DNA from: Octopus sinensis
Lineage: Eukaryota
Assembly (NCBI RefSeq): GCF_006345805.1
Contig: NC_043005.1
Coordinates: 52,266,001 to 52,330,000, forward strand
Direction of reading: 5' to 3'
Length of the DNA stretch: 64,000 nucleotides
Both the position numbers and the translations under genes were made by a program. Positions 1-14,317 of the stretch are shown piece by piece. Position 1 is the first letter of the stretch; each line of letters starts with the position of its first letter. Under the pieces are notes generated by a model. It saw only the letters and a program-made list of their open reading frames with translations. It did no database searches and had not been told where the DNA came from.

Positions 1-59
1 CTACCCTTATATTTATTAATTGATGATTTTTTGGCTAATTTTGAAATTAAATCAGCAGG

Positions 60-480
60 TTATATTTGCTGCTGAGAAAACCGCGCGTTGGCGGTGGATT
101 TTGAAAATTTGTAGTATATATCTCTTATTATAAAAGGCAGATTTTATCTGCCTCCCTTTGGCAGTTATAAAAATCTACAATATAGCATTTCTTCAATTAC
201 CTTTACCTAGCATTTTAAGAGTACAATGCATCGCGTCATGCCAGGTCCACGTTTTAAAATTTAAACTCCAATTAAGCAAAATTTACAGAAAACTCACATT
301 CTGGTGGTGTGTGTCAAATGCTTTTCTTAGTCTGGTTTACACCACACGCAAACGCACACCACACAGTGGGCAACGAAAAAATGAAAGTAAATAGCGACAG
401 AGTGATTTGAGGAAGACTAAAAGTGAAAGTATTCTGTCTATGACGCTGATAAGATACATATGAGTAATATGTATGGGAAG
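60..480 (+). mobile_element. Possible Helitron-like termini (hairpin end followed by a TC/TATTATAAAA start)
   Basis: ACCGC-gcgttg-GCGGT hairpin followed by GTAGT at ~106-115, then TCTCTTATTATAAAAGG, resembling a non-autonomous Helitron 5' end. No second copy in the window. Confidence 0.3.
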
Positions 481-889
481 CTAAGAGCTAAGAGTGAGTG
501 AAAATGTTCTTGGAAGAGAGTAATTAGTAATAAAGTAAACATACACTCATACATACATACATACACATACATACATACATACTACATAAATACACCACAC
601 ACATACATACACACACCACACATACATACACACACACATACATACAATATACATACATACATACATATACATACATACATACACACACACACATACACAC
701 AACACAGTATTGAAGCTTGAGAACAATCAGATACATTTGCAACACATCTGTTGAAATATTATTGTTCACACACATAATATACATATATACATACAGACAG
801 ACAGACAGATAGACACACACACACACACACACATGATCCAGCATGGCCACAACCTCAAGGCTGAAACATATAAAGAATAACAGAATATA

Positions 890-1262
890 AATGGTGTGAA
901 AGTACAAGAAATATTAATGCAGTATATGGGGATTGGACAACAAGCGTAAGGCAGTGTCAATGGTGGTTCCAGAAATCCGAGCCATTAAACTACAGCCTAG
1001 AAGACGAGCCTCATCCTGAAAGATCTGTAGAACTCGACAAGGACATCCTGACAAAATCCTGGTGGAACAAATATCATCGTAACGTTGAGGAACTAGCAGA
1101 GAAGCTTGGATTTGGATATGGTCATTCACCATTCATTGACACCTGTGTGCTATCGGAAAAGTCAGCAAATTGGGTCAATGGGTTCCTCACGAACTTCCGA
1201 GTCTAATTGCATGCAGAGAGTGAATGTATGCTTTTCTTTGCTGTCATATCTCACCACTACTG
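890..1262 (+). mobile_element. Decayed mariner transposase fragment (HTH region to WVPHEL)
   Basis: Frameshifted translation gives VYGD...QWWFQK...LEDEP..RSVELD...VEELAEKLGF...IGKVSKLGQWVPHEL; WVPHEL is encoded at 1179-1196. Confidence 0.85.
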
Positions 1263-1272
1263 CGCTATGTAT

Positions 1273-1903
1273 ATTATATATATAAAAACTGTAGTTGTGT
1301 GAGTGTCTGTCCCTTCGATTTAGATTCTAACTACTCCCACATTTTGCGGTACAGTTTAACCAAATTGGGGTAGCTTATAGTCGTGATTTCATATCGAGCC
1401 CGCTGAATATTAGCGCGCGTCTACGATGAGGTCTACGATTTTAAAAATAATTAACATCATTTTTTATTCCCATTTTTAATGCATAATTTTTCGTGTGTCG
1501 ATGGCGCGGAGTTGGCGTCCACGCTCACACCTCACTGTGGGGAAGGGAGTGTAAGGAAATCAACGTCGTAATGCGTTGTCAAGGAGACCAGGTTCTTTTA
1601 GAACAACGACTTCATGGCTTGAAGACACCAAAACAGAAAGGCTAAGAAAGCGTCTACATGAGTCTTACGATTAAAAAAAAATTTACCATCGTTTTTTTTT
1701 CCATTTTAATGCATTTTTTTCGCTATTATATAAGGGAAGTAACTCTCTAAAAATGTCTACGATGAGTCAACGATTAAAAAAAAATACCATCATATTTTTT
1801 CCATTTTAATGCATTTTTGCTATTTTTTGGCTAGAAACTCTCTAAAAATGCTTATATTGTTATTCCCCTTACAAACCCGAGCAACGCCGGGCGATACTGC
1901 TAG
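1273..1903 (+). mobile_element. Non-autonomous Helitron, copy 1
   Basis: 3' CCCGAGCAACGCCGGG hairpin, then CTAG (1900-1903) followed by T; 5' TATATATAAAAACTG; homologous to 23173-23687. Confidence 0.8.
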
Positions 1904-1909
1904 TATATT

Positions 1910-1966
<57 letters not shown>

Positions 1967-2828
1967 TACATATATATATATATGTATATATATGTGTGTT
2001 GTGTGTGTGTGTGCTGTGTGCGTGTGTGTGTATGTATGTATGTATGTATATATATGTATGCATATAATATACAAAGAAAAAGGAAAGAAAGAAAGAAAGA
2101 AAGAAAAGAAAACGAATGGGTTAAGGTTCATCACAGCTGTTTCATACGCATCTTTTATTGATAAATAAACTGATTACCTTATGAAAACAAATCGTTTTCT
2201 TTAAGTGAATTAAAAATTAAAAAATTAATAATTGGTTCAGAGGGTGGGGGGAATGGCATGCAAATGTGGTATTTGTGTTAACCCTTTCATTTTGGTGACA
2301 AATACGAGAGTGAAAGTATACCGACGTATAACCAAATCTGATGCACGTCTGATTCACAAAGCCATCAACAGACAAATGTACAATAAATGATGTTTGAAAT
2401 AAACAGCAGAGATAAAACTTTAGAGAAAGACACAGAGAATAGAACGGGTGCGAGAGGAAAAGTTGAGATCGAGTAGCTTAATGGGACAAAATTCTATGCG
2501 GTAAAATATGTATTACTGCTAAACCCCAGAATATCAGAACAAGAACATTTCCGATAATAAATACTTAGATATTAGATATATACACACAATTCTTATATAT
2601 ATATATATATTTATGAATGTATATATATATATATGTATATATATATATAAATTAGGGCTTAGTAAAATAAATTACTTTGCCACATACTGAACTTTCTAGA
2701 AATAGCAGCCAAAAAGTTTTTTAGCCATTTCCACTACTTTAAGAAAAAGGACCTTAAATGGTACTTTTACATACTGAACACTACTTGGTGAAATTGATTA
2801 ATAACTAATTAATTTTACCCTCAATTAT

Positions 2829-2864
<36 letters not shown>

Positions 2865-2904
2865 GTATGTATGTGTGTATGTATGTATATAATTTTTGTA
2901 TTGT

Positions 2905-3190
2905 TTTTCTTTCTTTTACTTGTTTCAATCATGCTGGAACACCGTCTTTAGTCGAACAAATTGACAGCAGGACTTATTCTTTGTAAGCCTAGTACTTCTA
3001 TCGGTCCCTTTTGCCGAACCGCACCGCTAAGCAACGAGGACGTAAACACACCAATATCGGTTGTCAAGCTATGGTGTGTGTGTATGGGGGGGGGGAAGAT
3101 AGAAACACGCACACGCAGACACGCACACACACGCACATACGATGGGCTTTGTTCAGTTTCCATCTACCAAATCCACTCACAAGTTTTAAG
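2905..3190 (-). mobile_element. SINE family A, partial (head missing)
   Basis: Reverse complement of the family A body and tail seen at 3592-4026 and 20698-21120. Confidence 0.8.
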
Positions 3191-3591
3191 TTACATGGCG
3201 TGTTTTATAATTATGCCAGTTCGAGTATCATAATAGCATGAAACTATTCGGTCTTTCGGTTGTGCATTTAATTTGACATATATATTTATATCTTTATGCG
3301 AGTGTGTCTGAGTGTATGTGTATACATACACACACACACACCTATATATTATGAGCGTACGTGTGTGGTGAGTGTCTTTGTGTGTATGTATGTGTGTCTT
3401 TGTGTCCTTATTTGTCCCCAACCACCGCTAAGTCTCCGAACCAAAGAGGTTCGGCTTAGGAGACAAATAGAATAAGTACCAATTTTTGAAAAGTAGTACT
3501 CAGGTCAGTTCATTGGATGCAAAAGATAAAAAAAATTCTCCAGCATGGCCGCTCTAGTGACTGAAACAAGTAAAAGATATATAAACAGAAA

Positions 3592-4026
3592 CAGGAGTGG
3601 CTGTGTGGTAAGTAGCTTGTTTACCAGCCACATGGTTCCGGGTTCAGTCCCACTGCGTGGCACACTTGGGCAAGTGTCTTCTACTATAGCCTCGGGGACC
3701 AAAGCCTTGTGAGTGGATTGGTAGACGGAAACTGAAAGAAGCCCGTCGTATATATGTATTATATATATATATATTAATATATATATATATATATTATATA
3801 TATGTGTGTGTGTGTGTTTTGTGAGTGTGTTTGTCCCCCTAGCATTACTTGACAACCTACGCTGGTGTGTTTATGTCCCCGTAAAATAGCGGTTCAGCAA
3901 AAGAGACGATAGAATAAGTACTGGGCTTACAAAAGAATAAGTCCCGGGGTCGAGTTGCTCGATTAAAGGCAGTGCTCCAGCATGGCCGCAGTCAAATGAC
4001 TAAAACAAGTAAAAGAGTAAAAGAGT
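3592..4026 (+). mobile_element. tRNA-derived SINE family A, full length
   Basis: A-box-like TGGCTGTGTGGT, B-box-like GGTTCAGTCCC, CTTGGGCAAGTGTC core, internal (TA)n/(TG)n, GTAAAAGA-repeat tail; more than 10 copies in the window. Confidence 0.9.
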
Positions 4027-4319
4027 ATAGAGAGAGAGAGAGAGGGGCAGACAGACAGAGAAAAATAAGATGTATCGGGACTTTATTAACCGACACAGAA
4101 GAATGAAAGTCGAAGCTGACATCGACAATATTGGAACTCGAAAGGCGAATAACAGGAAAAAAATTGTCTCAAAGAATTTTCTCACCGGCCCTAACTGTTA
4201 AGCCAACAAACTTCCTTATGTACACACAATGTCACCATCACATTTGCTTGTCATCTTTAAATAGCATTGTTATCATTATCCAAGCAAATATACCGAACAC
4301 ATTAGTACATCTTACCATA

Positions 4320-5510
4320 ACCACCAATGCCACCATCACAACCGCCGCCGCCACCACCACCACCACCACCACCACCACCACCACCAGCACCACCAGCACC
4401 AGCACCAGCACCACCACCACCACCACCACCTACCACCACCACTACCACCACCACCAGCAACCACCAGCACCACCAGCACCAGCACCAGCACCACCAGCAC
4501 CACCAGCACCCACAGCCCAGCACCACCACCACCACCACCACCACCACACCACAACACCACCACCACCACTACCACCACCACCACCACCACCAGCACCACC
4601 AGCACCACACAGCAATCAGCCACCCACCACAACCACCACCACCACCACCACCACCACACATCATCACCAGCACCAGCACAGCACCACCAGCACCACCACC
4701 ACACACCATCATCACCAGCACCACAGCACCACACCACCACCATTACCACCACCACCACCACCACCACCACCACCACCACCACCACACCACCCCATTACTC
4801 TGCCGCCACAACAGCAACTAACGTTCTGACTATACGTTGTCGGTACTTTTCATTAATGGTGTATTACCATCCACTTGCTATTTACATCTCAGGAAACACC
4901 TACAAACACCACGTTACACTCCAAGAAACCATTTCAACCAACTACTGAAAAACGCTACCTCCGAAATCACCAGAACCACTAACACTATTGTCACCGCCAC
5001 TACCACCACCACCACCACCACCACCACCACTACTCCGCCTCTGCCGCCGCCCACCATTACCACCACCACTATCAAAACATAAGCATTTTGAAAAAAGTCT
5101 ATGACGACGATGACTACCACCACCACCACCACCACCACCGCCACCACCACCACCGCCGCCGCCACCACCACCACCGCCGCCGCCACCACCACCACCGCCA
5201 CCACCACCACCGCCGCCGCCACCACCACCACCGCCACCACCACCACCGCCGCCGCCACCACCACACCACCGCCGCCGCCACCACCACCACTACCACCACA
5301 CCACCACCACCACCACACACACCGCCACCACACCACCGCCGCCGCCACCACCACCCACCACCACACCACCACCACCACCACCACCACTACCACCACCACC
5401 GCCACACCCACTACCGCCGCCGCAGCCACCACAACCACCACTACTACTACCACCACAACCGCTACCACCATCGCCACTACCTGCGCCTTCACCACACCAT
5501 CGTCATCACC
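4320..5510. repeat. Compound (CAC/CCA/CAG/CCG)n trinucleotide low-complexity tracts
   Basis: Direct reading; produces poly-T/H/P ORFs in several frames. Confidence 0.95.
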
Positions 5511-5800
5511 ACCAGAACAAAAGCATTTTGACAAAATTAATTAGTTATTAAACTTCAATTATCTGCGCCAACGCACGGTTGCAACACCATATGGTCTTAT
5601 CTCCAACCGTGTTTTTTTTTCTGCTGTGAATTTTGCTACCCAGGTATCGGTTAAACTTTTGAATAATCTGTAACAAGAAAATTCATCTTTCCATACATAT
5701 ATTATATATATATATATATATTATATATATATATATATATATTATATATGTTATGTATGTAATGTATGTATGTATGTATGTATGTATGTATGGTGTGTGT

Positions 5801-5837
<37 letters not shown>

Positions 5838-5839
<2 letters not shown>

Positions 5840-6085
5840 GAGGCGCGTGGTTTAGTGGTTAGGGTGTCAGCATCGTTGTTCGTAAGATTGTGGTTTCGAT
5901 TCCTGGACCGGGCGACGCGTTGTGTTCTAGAGCAAAACACTTCATTTCACGTTGCTCCAGTCCACTCAGCAGGCAAAAAATGAGTAACGCTGCGATGGAC
6001 TGCCGTCCCGTCCAGCCGGGGAACACATACGCCATTGAACTCGGGAAACGGGCCCATGAGCCTGGCTGGCTTTAAAAGGGCGCGC
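5838..6085 (+). mobile_element. tRNA-derived SINE (head W + tail Z)
   Basis: GGAGGCGCGTGGTTTAGTGGTTAG ... GGTTTCGATTCC head; the tail GAGTAACGCTGCGATGGACTG...GGGCCCATGAGCC...AAAAGGGCGC is shared with 21358-21662. Confidence 0.85.
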
Positions 6086-6113
6086 ATTTATTATATATAT
6101 ATATATATATATA

Positions 6114-6181
<68 letters not shown>

Positions 6182-6189
6182 ACTAGCAA

Positions 6190-6283
6190 AAGCAAGGCGT
6201 GGCTGTGTGGTAAGAAGCTTCCTTCTTAACCACATAGTTTCGGGCTCAGTCCCATTGAACACATGTATATGTGTATGTGTTCG

Positions 6284-6317
<34 letters not shown>

Positions 6318-6450
6318 ACTTTGTGTATGTGTTTATCCCTGCATCACCACTTGACAATCACTGTTGGTGTGTTGATGAAATTGTTCGACTAAAATCCTTT
6401 AAAGTGGTGCTACAGCATAGCCGCAGTGAAATGACTGAAACAAGTAAAGG
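6190..6450 (+). mobile_element. SINE family A, internally deleted
   Basis: Family A head to GTCCCA, then microsatellite and the family A 3' end CAGCATAGCCGCAGTGAAATGACTGAAACAAGTAAA. Confidence 0.75.
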
Positions 6451-6494
6451 AATTAGAAAAAAAAAAAAACAGAATGAAAGAATACCATTAGTAC

Positions 6495-6788
6495 TACCAC
6501 CACAACCAACAGGATCACCATTACCACCACCACCACCACGACTCTGAACTGCATCGAAGACCCTACCATTCCCAACATACCGTTTCTATCGCCAACGTCT
6601 ACACCACTATCTTTCACTATCACCGTCATAACCAGCACCATCATAACTATAACCATCTCCACCACCCCCACCACTGCCGCCACCAACACCACCACCGCCG
6701 CCGCTGCCACCACCACGACGTTAGCTTGTCTTCCTAACCATCACGATCAACATGCCGTCACTACTATAACCGACATGTATCAGCTGGT

Positions 6789-6821
<33 letters not shown>

Positions 6822-7025
6822 GTCATCGTCGTCGTCATCATCATCACCATCACCGTCGTCATCGTCATCATCATCATTGTCACCACTACCCACGCCGCTA
6901 GCAACACAATAACGCCATACCCACCCCATACCGCCACCACTACCACCACCACCGCCACTACCACCACCACCGCCACCACCACCACTACCACCACCACTAC
7001 CACCACCACTACTACCACCACCACC

Positions 7026-7077
<52 letters not shown>

Positions 7078-7690
7078 TTACTACTACTATTACTACTACT
7101 ACCATCATCATCATCAGCAGCAGCAAGAACACCAGTATCGCAACCACCATCACCCAACACCACTTGCATTACTGCCATCACCATCATAACTACTATCAAT
7201 ATCATTACTATCACCATTATCACCGTCACCACCTCGTACACCTTCGCCTTAACCACCACCACCAACTTACCCTTCACAACCATCAACACCACAACCACAT
7301 CCATCAACACCACAACCACACCCATCCATCCACTACCGTTGTCATCACTATCACCACTGTGATCACCAGCAAGACCGACCACCACCACCACCACCAACAC
7401 CATACCCGTCACCATTACCATCGTCCCGATCATCACCACCACCCTCATCACCTTCGTCACCTTCCTCTCCACCATCACCAACCTCATCACATTCATCGCC
7501 ATCATCACCACAATCATCATCATCATCATCATCATCACCTCCACCACCACAACCACCACCACCGTCATCATCATCATCAGCATCATCAGCATCATCATTC
7601 ATCATCATCATCATCATCACCACCACCACCACAAACGTCATCATCGTCGTCATCATCATCATCATCGTCATCGTCATCGTCATCATCAAT
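6495..7690. repeat. Compound (CAC)/(CAT)/(ACT)/(CGT)n trinucleotide tract
   Basis: Direct reading. Confidence 0.95.
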
Positions 7691-8180
7691 AATGCTATTT
7701 TGACCATTGTTTAATTGATCTACAACATATACTTGATCAAAGATGATTTTTCTATAAGAACAAACCAAAAACCAGAAACAATAATACTACAAAAACACAT
7801 AAAAAAAAAGAAACAAAGAAACAAAGAAATAAAAATAATAGAAACAATATAAATAAATAGAATCCAAGACCTCCACCATTCACTTAGACATTTCTACACG
7901 ACTTGTTAAATCATTAGACTGTGCAGTCATTAGGACTTAATAGGGGGAGATCGCAGTGTTTTATAGTAAATTAGTAAACCGACGATACCTCTTCATATTT
8001 ATCCGTCACATCTACACAAGGAAAGAAAGAGCGGTAGAGAGCGCGACAAAGGAAAACGATGATGAAGACATCGAAAGAAAAGAACAAGCGGGATTTTAGG
8101 CGGTAAAAAAAAGAAAAAAAGAAGCGAAAGATCCTAATAGATTTTGTGTGTGATACGCTTGTAGAAAACAGGACGCTTTT

Positions 8181-8224
<44 letters not shown>

Positions 8225-8253
8225 TTCTCTTTAGTTTATATTATTATTATTAC

Positions 8254-8291
<38 letters not shown>

Positions 8292-8444
8292 TATTATTAT
8301 TATTATTATTATTATTATCATCATTACTTTTACTATTTGCATTTTTCTAACAGAATAATCTAGAAAATAAACCCTTTTCATTCTTTCTTACCTACCAATA
8401 TTCAGCCGTTCCCCTTGAAAAGACTATAACGTAGAAAGAGGGAC

Positions 8445-8475
<31 letters not shown>

Positions 8476-9515
8476 GAGAGAGAGAAGAGGAGGAGGAGGA
8501 GGAGAGATGAGGAAGGGGAAATGAGGGGAGAGATACATGTCTTTGAAAGTATTTGTTTGAATCCCTAATTAATTCCTTATTTTGCCGTTATTGTTATTGC
8601 TATTATTATCATAATCATCATTATCATTAGTATTATTACTATTATTTTTATTATTATTATTATTGTTATTCAGATTAAGTGTCGGATAGTTTTATGAGTG
8701 ATGGAGATATTTTTACGGTAACTTCTCAGGCGGACGTTTTTATTATCTTTTACCAAGGCGATTTTGTTAGCAGACGATAATAGGTGTTCACGCCGACGGA
8801 AGTGATACGGCTCTCGTACTCACTTCACACCGTTTTACAGTTTTGTAACAAGAGAACTAATTGATTTCCTGGACACCTTTAGTTTTTCTCTGCAACAATG
8901 GCGTCTTAAATCTAGCGGAAAACAGCATCAACAACTACTACAACAACAACAATAAGCAGAACCACAATTACAACAACAATAGCAAGCAGTAATATCAGCG
9001 TCAGCAACATCGGCGATATCAGAAGTAAACATTAGAAGTAAAAGCATCAACATCATGCGCTGCAGAATCATCAACAGTATCAACAGTGTAGTTATAAGGT
9101 GACGGGATATTGTAATGGCGGCGGCAGTAGAGTAGAACTTAAAGCAATGTTTCAAAGGACGAGATTCTTTTGTTCCTGACTAAATGGCCATTTTGCTCGA
9201 TAGAATAAGCTGTAGCTAAAAATCTCACACTGTACACAAACATTCCGAGCTGGTGAGGCCTGAACTAACAGACATTTTCCTCTCCTTCCATTTAAAATAT
9301 ATCTAAGGGAATTGTTTTTCAACATCCTTTAGATAATTCTCTCAGTTTCTGGTTTGAAATAAGCATTTACCATTTTTACTAATTCCAAATGATGGTCAGT
9401 CAATATCCCTTGATCATTCTTACGGGTTCCTTTGATCAAAGATACGGTTATGTCGTTAAAAAGGAATGTATTTTTTATGTATGTATGTATGCATGCATGC
9501 ATGCATGTATATATG

Positions 9516-9595
<80 letters not shown>

Positions 9596-10462
9596 TACAT
9601 ATAAAATATTTGTTAGATTAAAGAATGGCAGAAATAACAGAATTCGAAGTCGGAAAGTCACGTCCCGATACCGTTAGGGTTTTCCTTTGTCATTTGGTAA
9701 ATCCTACCGGGAAAATAAAAATAAGTACAACGCAGGTACTTGAGTAGTTTTGTATATGATAAACTGTTCTCTACGAAAATTGGCCTAGATCTTTGTAAAA
9801 AAAAATGAAAAATAAATATTTTGAATATCAAATGGTCATCTATGCTATGACTTCGCTATCTTCTCAATCGATGCTAAAAATATTTTTAATCAAAACAGCG
9901 AGTCCAACAATAGGCGATTTATTTCGTTCGAGAACAAGTCAGGGACTAAATAACCAAATAATTTTTTTTTGCTATTATAATTTCAAGAGCTGAAATTTTG
10001 GGAGAGGGATTTGGTTAGACGATTACTTGAGATTAAGTCAGCTCATCGCGCTTCTGTATCTCTTATATTTTATCGGTCATAATACTGGTTTCCATTGCAG
10101 AAATAAAGTAGCAGTCCTTCACCTTAGGGAAGATTACTGGTATCGAGAGAGTATTACATTTTCAATACTTAACGGGCTGCTCTTCACTGTTGGACCAATT
10201 CTCTTTCTTTGTACCATATATTGTTTTTTAATGATTTTGACAATTGTACCAGACAAGAAACATATATTCCGGCTTTTATTTCAATCGACCTCGAATCCAT
10301 GGCTGGTAATTATTTTATTAACCTTTAAATCTTTCCAACCGAACGATACCAACTTTCTCAAGCACCGAAATCGTGATGTTTCTAATGTTAGAAGATGAAA
10401 CTAGGTTTATCTATGCCTGCTTTTGTCTTTTCGGTCAATTATGGTGCTCGTATTTCATCTTC

Positions 10463-10498
<36 letters not shown>

Positions 10499-10766
10499 CA
10501 TGTGTCTGTGTGTCTGTGTGTCTGTGTGTATGTGTGTGTGTGTGTATGTATACGTATATGTCTTTATAGATATGCACATGTACATATATTCAAACAAATT
10601 CGCATATCTGTCTCAAATGTTATTCACAACAAATTAGGAAATATATTAAACAGGAAAAAAAAAAGCCCCAGCAAAACCAAAATCGTAACAAAAGAATACT
10701 TTAACACATTTACATCCTAATATCACATCTGAATCCACTTAAATGTATGTACAGAAGTATGTATGC

Positions 10767-10815
<49 letters not shown>

Positions 10816-11409
10816 TATATATATATAGATATATATATATATACATATTGGCATATATATGTATATATATGCATGCACACGCATATTAAACATACACACA
10901 CACACTCACACACATACACAAACACTCATATACTTAAGCTCAGAATATAAAGAGATGAAATTACGTTACGTTTGCAATCGTTTCAACTCCTTTGTCGTCC
11001 TAACAATGAAGCAGAATATAAATCCGGAAGGCTGAATGCGATGTAACAACTTAATTGTATATAATAACCGGATGAAAGGCAAAGTTCGCCATATGGTTTT
11101 GAAATGAAAGTTATGATCGGATCTGGCAGTTGCAACGTTCCGTATGAATTAAAATTTCACATGTAACAAGGGTCTGGCTTACCGTACTTCCGAAGTTGAT
11201 GTTCAGCAGTTCTGTAAGCGTAATTAGCAAGATACGTTAATTTAATAATAATTAACTGAGAAGGATATTTTATGTCAACTAAAGGAAATTTACAAATAAT
11301 GAGGAAAAATTTGGAAGAAAAACTCCGGGACGATTGCATTTCGGAGAAAGCTCTCTATTATGTTGCCAACACATTTAAAGACTGAAGGCATTATCTGATT
11401 GAATCAGTA

Positions 11410-11778
11410 GAAGATCGAAAGGTTGCTTCTCAACCACTTGGTTCCGGGTTCAGTCCTACTGCTTGGCACCTTAGGCAAGTGTCTTCTACTATAGCCCCGC
11501 CTTGTGCCAAAGTCTTGTGATCGGATTTGGTAGACGAAAACTGAAAGATGCCCGTCCAATACATATATATATATATATATTTGTGTGTTTGTGTCTGTGT
11601 TTGTCCCACCCCCTACCATCGCTTGACATCCGATGTTGGTGTGTTTAACCTAGAGGTTCGACAAAAAAACCGATAGAATAAGTATTGCGCTTAGAAAGAA
11701 TAAGTTCTGAGGTCGATTTGTTCGACTAAAGCTGGTACTCTAGCATAGCCGCAATTAAATGACTGCAACAAATAAAAG
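11410..11778 (+). mobile_element. SINE family A, diverged
   Basis: GGTTCCGGGTTCAGTCC ... GGCAAGTGTCTTCTACTATAGCC ... GATAGAATAAGTA ... GACTGCAACAAATAAAAG. Confidence 0.8.
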
Positions 11779-12127
11779 TATATATAAGTATTTGTATTAG
11801 TCTTAGCTGAAATCATTATATTCCTGTCATATTTCGGCGTAAGTTTGAGCAGTGTTGTTAAGAACGCATTTTGACAAAGTTCTCGCACTATAGCGCCGAA
11901 CCGTCCAAACCTGTGTAAATGAATCTGGTTGCTAGAAACAGTGCAGAATCCCTCCACACGTACACACACACACAACACACACACACACACTACACATACG
12001 TACATACAAGCTCGAAACGTAAAGACTTTCTCATTTCCCGAGCGTTAAACTAATACATCTATTTGATGTTTACACACCTGTCCTTTGCTTTTTTTTGTGT
12101 TTTTGTAAATTCTAATTTTATATATAT

Positions 12128-12178
<51 letters not shown>

Positions 12179-12353
12179 AGATATAGATATAATGGTTGTA
12201 TACTGTCAACACAACGTGACAGTCCCGTAAAGGGAGTCACACATCGCTATTTAGCCCTAGGAAGCATTGACGCTTCCTGTCGGCTTTGACACATTTCCTG
12301 TGTCCTTATATTTGCAAAGGGGAGGCAAGGATCCCTGCCAGCTAGGATTAGCA

Positions 12354-12395
12354 CCTGGAAACATGTTTCTGGGTCTTGCCCGTCATCAGTCCAGG
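12354..12395 (-). ncRNA. Type I hammerhead ribozyme motif in a PLE-like repeat (12190-12420)
   Basis: Minus strand reads CCTGGA-CTGATGA-C GGG caaga CCC A-GAAA-CATG-TT-TCCAGG: 6 bp stem I, intact core, palindromic ACATGT stem III, GUU cleavage triplet. Confidence 0.75.
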
Positions 12396-12489
12396 GTAGT
12401 AAGTCCTGCTAGCTGAGATGGCTGCAAAGCTTTTTAAAAAGTATATTTGTATAGTGTTCAAATACAAGTGGCATTTTCTTTGTTTCTGC

Positions 12490-12528
<39 letters not shown>

Positions 12529-13354
12529 TGTTTACTCTCGTAGGTTCGAGTAAACAAGAGAGACAGAGACAGGCAGAGACTGTATTTGAATATTAAGCAA
12601 ATATTCCTTTAAAAACTTTTCATTTAATTTTTCTAAAATTTAATTGTTTTCCATAGTTACAGTTGAAAAATTGTCAATGACCGAAACCGGTACTGAAATG
12701 TTTTTTATAAAATTATTTTAGCATTTTCTACCTTGACTTTTTTCCATATATATATATATATAATATATATATGGTTTCAAATACCGCCCGATCTACTCTC
12801 ACTTTCAGTCATCGATGTTTGTTTCATAATATTAATATATATATATATATAAAATCAATATGCAGTCCTCTATGATTTATGCTATGTCTCATATATTTTC
12901 TACTATGTACTAAATTTAATAAATAACTCAATATAACAACGTATCATGAAATCAACAATTTTATAATTACTTTGGAACTAACTTTTAAGGAATTTCTATT
13001 ATTTTTTTCTTTGTTCATATTTCTCCTGTTCTTTGTACGGATGTTGCAGATTGCTCACTTCATAGGTACTACCAAAATAGTAAACGGTCTTCGTAGTTTA
13101 ATACCGACTTGTATAGTCCCTTCAAATTACATATGAAAAGTTCCTGAAATTTTGAATGGTGCTCTGAGTCAGAAAATAATAAAAATACTAAATAACTGAA
13201 ATAATCCTTTCCCACATGGGCGCAAGGTCTGAAATTTTTGGGGAAGGGATAAGCCAATTACACCAAAACCAGTGCGTAACACGTGCTTAATTTATTGACC
13301 CTGAAAGGATGAAAAGCTAAGTCGACCTCGGCGGAATTTGAACTCAGAATGTAA

Positions 13355-14247
13355 GTACATTATTTACATTATTTACATTTGACGGATATTTGTCCTCACC
13401 TTGTTTGTTGTTAACACAACGTTTCGGCTGATATACTCTCCAGCCCTCATCAGGTGTCTTGGGGAAATTTCCAACCTGGGTTCTCATTCCTAAGGTATTT
13501 TTCGATGTTTTGTGTTATAATAATAATAATATAATAATAATAATAATAATAATAATATAATAATAATAATAATAAATGCCCTGATGCAGTACCAGGCAGT
13601 GGCTCTCATGGCTTCTGATGTTAACTGATTGGAAGTGTTATCATGTACATTGTTTGTCTTGGTATAAAAGATGGGCTACAGCAAATATTCTGCTCAATAC
13701 CACAGATTTGCTTTCAGTTGTTTGACCGTAACCAGTTGAGCATGTCCCTTAGTGGCTGACGATATGTGCATCTCTGATCACGAGCAGAAGTAGTGGGGGA
13801 GCATCATAGCCATGTGTTGAGAGGGATTCTTTGGGGTTTGAATAATTCACCTCTGGAAACTGGGTGGTTTCTTTCAACATCCTTAAACAACCCTTATTCA
13901 GGGACCTTTTGAGCGGGATGGGCTACTCAACAAGAAAATTCTAACTGGGCCCCACCTGCAAGGTCATGTGCTGTTTATCTTGATATGAGATCACCATGTC
14001 GCGCACATATGGTGTGATGCATGTGCCTGGTGTACCTTTATCAGACGGGTAGTCATGATGGTATATTGGGCTTCGTATATTTTACCCCAGTGTCACTTTG
14101 ATGGCATGAACTGCTCTCTCACTCAATAATAATAATATTAATAATAATAATAATAATAGTAGTAATAATAATAATAATAATAATAATAATATAATAATAA
14201 TAATAATAATAATATAATAATAATATAATAACAACAACAACAACAAC

Positions 14248-14317
<70 letters not shown>

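Noticed and set aside
3592-3665. tRNA genes at SINE heads (also 14771, 18534, 20698, 28938)
   Set aside because: Only A/B-box-like heads continuing into shared SINE bodies and tails; no complete cloverleaf seen.
5081-5536. TSD (AAGCATTTTGA) around the CAC tract
   Set aside because: A short AT-rich match around a microsatellite with no element termini; may be chance or a local duplication.
4131-7707. Long poly-His/Thr/Pro/Val/Asp ORFs
   Set aside because: Open in many frames on both strands because of trinucleotide repeats; no splice or domain support.
12660-12695. Functional hammerhead (CAG-TTGAAAA..GTC aat GAC C-GAAA-CCGG-TA-CTG)
   Set aside because: The core has C3 and G8 substitutions; counted only as a decayed relic.
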